Source of the DNA: Dendrobates tinctorius
Taxonomy: Eukaryota
Direction of reading: 5' to 3'
Assembly: GCF_039654945.1 (NCBI RefSeq)
Contig: NW_027361869.1
Location: 1,240,001 to 1,304,000 of the forward strand
DNA: 64,000 nucleotides
In this document: one piece after another, positions 60,001 to 64,000 of the stretch
Layout: each line of letters opens with the position of its first letter
Position numbering within the stretch: the stretch's first letter is position 1
Made by a program: the position numbers and the translations under genes
The notes under the pieces: generated by a model
What the model was told of the DNA's origin: nothing
The model's database searches: none
The model's input: the letters and a program-made list of their open reading frames with translations, nothing else

Positions 60001-60273
60001 TACATTTAAGATCCATAACGTATTACCTCCTGACCCGGTATTGGTTGAAGGTAATGTGGAATATGAGGTTGAGAAGATACTGGATTCTCGCCTGGCTAGA
60101 CGGAGACTCCAGTATTTGGTTAAATGGAAGGGTTATGGCCAGGAGGATAATTCTTGGGTCCCTGCATCCGATATTCATGCCGAAAGATTGGTTTGTGCCT
60201 TTCATCGGGCCCATCCTGATCGCCCTGGTGGCGTGGATGAGGGATCGGTGACCCCTCCTCAAGGGGGAGGTAC
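57023..60273 (+). pseudogene. Pol (protease, RT, RNase H, integrase, chromodomain) disrupted by stops/frameshifts
   Basis: [46 protein letters not shown] zinc finger, ISMDFI, SDRGVQF, GQTERTN, RFIGPY, YEVEKILDSR...YLVKWKGY. Breaks near 58549 and 59682. Confidence 0.92.
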
Positions 60274-61088
60274 TGTTGTGAGTTCATTTTCCCCTTCACC
60301 GTCGATGTCTGATGAACTCCCTCTTCTGGTGAAGGAAGGTAGTGAGGCTGATTACTAAACACCTGATCTGGTAGATGATGACTGGGTAACAGAAAATTCT
60401 GACTGGATATAAGGAAGCCGACGCCCTTCTGAGTCGCTGGTGATTTCTCTGCTGGATTCTTGGAGACCAGTCTGATTCCTGCTTCCCAAAGATAAGTTTT
60501 TGCTCTGCTATTGAACTTATTAGTTTTGTTTTGTTTACCTTGTTTTTTGGAGTTCAGCCATCCCCGGTCGGGGGTGTGCTGAGTTCCATTTTTGTCTCTG
60601 ATCAGTTTGCTCTGTCTTCAGAATTTACCTGAGTGCTGATATAGTCTTTTTGAAGTCCTAGCGACTTCAGGGCCTGTTTTTCCTATCAGGCGATTGGGAC
60701 ATTTTTTGGTAGGGTTTTTTACGGATTGCAGACAGCAGCTTTTCTATCCTGTCCTTTTTAGTTAGCTTGGGCCCCATCGTTTGCTCAACCTATCTTTCTA
60801 TCTGTGTTAGTGTTTTCATCTTGCTTCACCATCATTATATGTTGGGGGCTGCCTATTGCTTTGGGGTCTGCTCTGGGGCAGTTTATATTTCCCCTTTCTT
60901 TCTTTAGGCCTATTTAGTTCTCCGGCTGTGATCGAGGGGTCTAGGGCATCCTAGGAACCCCCCACGGCTACTGTTAGTTGTTGTGGATAGGATCAGGGGT
61001 CTGCAATCCGATAGCTACCAACCTCTCCGGTTTTCTGGACTTAGCTTGTATTTTTGTTTTTTCATCCTTCGGTGACTCATTCATAACA
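60274..61088 (+). repeat. 3' LTR
   Basis: Direct repeat of 55292-56114 with a short deletion near 60608. Confidence 0.95.
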
Positions 61089-61399
61089 GCAACCATTATT
61101 ACAAAAATGCAGGATAAAGTGCACATAGCTTTAGGTTAGGGAAGGTCACACCATTTAGTTTTTATAAAAGGAGAGATACAGGGCGCATCCACTGTGTGAA
61201 ATCCGTATAAAACAATTAAAATTGTGGAACAGTAAGGAAGGTGCTCACCTATTGGGGTTGTGAGAAAGTCACAACACCCATGAACGCTTAAGAAGCAGCA
61301 GCAAGTCTGCACAGGGTCCTAGGACAGAATTGCTGTAATGGCGTGGAAGTGCAATAAGGACTGCGCTTGCTTCTGGTAGAGTAAAGGGTTCTTTATTCA

Positions 61400-61442
61400 G
61401 CCAACGCGTTTCCTGAGCCTGCTGGCTCACTTCATCAGGGCA
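61400..61442 (-). ncRNA. Minimal hammerhead ribozyme motif in the Penelope 3' region
   Basis: Minus strand reads TGCC-CTGATGA-AG-TGAGCC-AGCA-GGCTCA-G-GAAA-CGCG-TT-GG, with a palindromic AACGCGTT stem III. Confidence 0.75.
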
Positions 61443-62156
61443 GATTACATTGGAAGACAGTGAAACATACTTATAGAGAAAAAAGGCGCCAATACAGGGT
61501 CAAACAGAATCAGCAAAGGTCAAAAAAAACCAAAAAAAACAATGAAACTGTATTACAAGCATAAAAAACACATCAATAAGAGTATATATAGAAAAGAAAA
61601 AATAAAAATATGTAAAAGTACAAAAAATTAAAATATAAAACAGAGTGCTATGGATCACGGGGTTAAAACATGGCTATAGTTAAAAAAGGTGAGTCCTCAA
61701 GGGGTATTAGAACCTGGCTCATAAAATGCAAATGAAAGGTATTAGTCCACTAGACCATTAAGCTTGACTGTGGTGGTGTGAAGAATAAATTGAGGGGTTG
61801 TTTGTCACTTTATTTAGAAAAAAAAAAAAAAAAAAAAAAAAAAAAGCAATATAAGCAAAGGTCAAAAATGGTAAAGAATAAAAACAATGAAATATAATCA
61901 CAAACATAGAAAACACAACAATAAGAGTCTATATAGAAAAGAAAAAATAAAATTATGTAAAAGTACAAAAAATATGAAACAGAGTGCTAAGGATCACGAG
62001 GCTATAGTTAAAAAAAGGTGAGTCCTTAAGGGGTATTAGAACCTGGCTCATGAAGTGCAAGTGCAGACTATGAAGTGCAAATGTAAGGTATTAGTCCACC
62101 AGACCATTAAGCTTGACTGTGGTGGTGTGAAGAATAAATCTTTTCCCCCTCTTCTA

Positions 62157-63923
62157 TCAAATAAAAGCATCATTGATAATATTGAGGCCATAGGGACCAA
62201 TTGTCTTTAATTTATAAATCCAATAGACCTCTTTTCTATTCAGTGCTTGGGTTCTATTGGAAACGTGTTCAGGGATGTGTTCTATAGGAAAAATGATAGC
62301 TTTAGAAAAATCTCTTTGGTGAAATAAATCAAAGTGACGTGACAAACCGTGTTTTTGATACCCAGTTTTAGTGTTGTGTCTATGAGAGTTCATTCTACAG
62401 TGAAGGGGTTGTGTGGTTCTGCCAACATACAATTTAGGACAAGGACAAAGGATGACATAGATGACAAAGGAAGACACACAGAACAGGTGGTTAGTGATGG
62501 TGAATTTTTCTGAGGTGAATGGATGTGAAAAGATAAATGTATTATGAGCAATATTACTGCATAGGCTGCACCTGGGTTTCAGGCATCTGAAAATGCCTGG
62601 TGTCAAGCCAGTGCAGTTATCAGGAGTACACTGGGTCAATCTGCTAGGGGCCAGATGGTTTTTTAGTGATCTGGCCTTCCTAAAAGTGACAGTAGGTCTA
62701 TCAGGCAAAACTTTATTGAGTATTGGATCTTTTTTGATAATATACCAGAGGTCACCTAACATATTTTTTATCTCTTTATGTTGGGAGTTATAAGTAGTGA
62801 TGAAGTTGGCCTGATAGTTATCATGTGCATCCTTTTCTTTAGATCTCTCACTTAAAAGAGTTTGCTGATTAAAATTTTTAAAAACATTATTAAAAGTAGA
62901 ATGAACCAATTGGGAGGGGTATTTTTGAGCAAGGAATCTTCCCTTGAGGACCTCAGCTTGATTATTAAAATCCTCGTCCTCTGTGCAATTCTTTCGGATT
63001 CTCTGAAATTGATTATGAGGGATGTTAAAAAGCCATTTGGAATAGTGGCTACTCTTAAAATGGACATAACTATTGGAGTCAACATTCTTAAAAAAGGTTT
63101 TGGTATGAATTTTGGAATTTTTTATAAAAAAAGTGATATCAAGAAAGTCCATCTGGGTATTACTAATGTGGGGGGTAAATTCCAAACCCCATGTGTTATT
63201 TTGTATAGAAGAAATAAAAGCATCAACTGAAACGTGACTGGTGTCCAGGATTAAGAATAAATCATCAATGAATCTTCTATATAAAACAATACCCTCTAAA
63301 AATGAATCAATAGTAATAAAAGCATTCTCAAAGACCCCCATAAAAAGATTAGCAAAAGTTGGCGCGACCCGTGATCCCATAGCGGTGCCTCTGATCTGAT
63401 GATAAAAATCCCCCAAGAAAGTAAAAAAATTATTATGTAAAATAAAATCCATCCCATTAAAAATAAATTCCTTTTGAGGGTCAGACAGTCGACTGTCAGT
63501 TAAAAGAAATTTTTTAAAACAGCTCAAACCCAGTTGGTGATCAATGTTGGAATACAAAGCAGATACGTCAAAAGAAATAAAAACATAAGAATCTTTCCAA
63601 GGTGTGTTATTAGTTAAATTGATCAGTTGTGTAGAATCCTTTAAAAAACTAGGGAGCTGTGAGACATGATGCTGCATGATTCTATCTATGTAAAATGATA
63701 GATTACTGGTGAGGGAATCAATACCCGAAATAATGGGTCTTCCTGGTGGATTGATAGTATTCTTGTGTATTTTGGGTAAATGGTACAGGAAGGGAGTGGA
63801 GGGGTTCTTTACTGTCAAAAACTTTTTTTCATGGTCATTAAGAACCCCAGAATCATGCGCCTTTTTAATAAAATCATTGTAAAAAACAGTGGCTTGGGGG
63901 ATGGGGTCCTGGGGGATGGGTGA
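62157..63923 (-). CDS. Penelope-like RT / GIY-YIG ORF (5'-truncated; the frame is open upstream of the 63818 call)
   Basis: LPKIHK, GRPIISG, FDVSALYSNI, GTAMGS, RRFIDD, a CxxxxCxxC linker and VIY...YVGRT. Confidence 0.88.
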   Translation of the reverse strand, partial: SPIPQDPIPQATVFYNDFIKKAHDSGVLNDHEKKFLTVKNPSTPFLYHLPKIHKNTINPPGRPIISGIDSLTSNLSFYIDRIMQHHVSQLPSFLKDSTQLINLTNNTPWKDSYVFISFDVSALYSNIDHQLGLSCFKKFLLTDSRLSDPQKEFIFNGMDFILHNNFFTFLGDFYHQIRGTAMGSRVAPTFANLFMGVFENAFITIDSFLEGIVLYRRFIDDLFLILDTSHVSVDAFISSIQNNTWGLEFTPHISNTQMDFLDITFFIKNSKIHTKTFFKNVDSNSYVHFKSSHYSKWLFNIPHNQFQRIRKNCTEDEDFNNQAEVLKGRFLAQKYPSQLVHSTFNNVFKNFNQQTLLSERSKEKDAHDNYQANFITTYNSQHKEIKNMLGDLWYIIKKDPILNKVLPDRPTVTFRKARSLKNHLAPSRLTQCTPDNCTGLTPGIFRCLKPRCSLCSNIAHNTFIFSHPFTSEKFTITNHLFCVSSFVIYVILCPCPKLYVGRTTQPLHCRMNSHRHNTKTGYQKHGLSRHFDLFHQRDFSKAIIFPIEHIPEHVSNRTQALNRKEVYWIYKLKTIGPYGLNIINDAFI

Positions 63924-64000
63924 ATTTTATCTGACAAAAAATTTTATTCACCCATCCCCCAGGACCCCATCCCCCAAGCCACTGTTTTTTAACTGACAGT

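Larger units (their letters stand above)
55292..61088 (+). mobile_element. Ty3/Gypsy chromovirus LTR retrotransposon (Tf1/sushi group), near full length
   Basis: LTRs 55292-56114 and 60274-61088 (TG...CA, roughly 98% identical by hand count). PPT AAGGGGGAGG before the 3' LTR, flanking duplication GCAACC, gene order gag-PR-RT-RH-IN-chromodomain. Confidence 0.97.
61160..63991 (-). mobile_element. Second Penelope-like retroelement (Neptune-type), 5'-truncated with a short inversion
   Basis: Minus-strand RT-GIY-YIG ORF, a duplicated ~280-bp 3' segment (61512-61790, 61853-62139) and a hammerhead motif near 61400-61442. The left boundary is approximate. Confidence 0.88.

Overview
This is vertebrate genomic DNA, most likely from a frog, judged by the foxj1.2-type gene and the repeat families. 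It contains three spliced host genes that I could reconstruct exon by exon: ints15/C7orf26 (+, 6 coding exons, 475 aa), naa60 (+, 5 coding exons, 242 aa, one minor-spliceosome AT-AC intron) and foxj1.2 (-, 2 coding exons, 370 aa). The rest is dense, nested mobile DNA. There are two Penelope-like retroelements (RT + GIY-YIG) carrying minimal hammerhead ribozymes, and a separate non-coding fold-back element with two inverted hammerhead relics. A near-complete Tf1/sushi-type chromoviral Gypsy element has a self-priming PBS, and a Tc1 transposon (DD34E, IR/DR ends) appears intact. Also present are a frameshifted hAT element with a nested MITE, a 5'-truncated CR1 inside a dead Tc1, a solo LTR, TTAA MITEs and several minisatellites. 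I found no prokaryotic-type system, CRISPR array, tRNA or rRNA. Most ORFs in the supplied track are artefacts of tandem repeats or antisense frames. All calls are by eye and by recalled family knowledge; no database searches were run.
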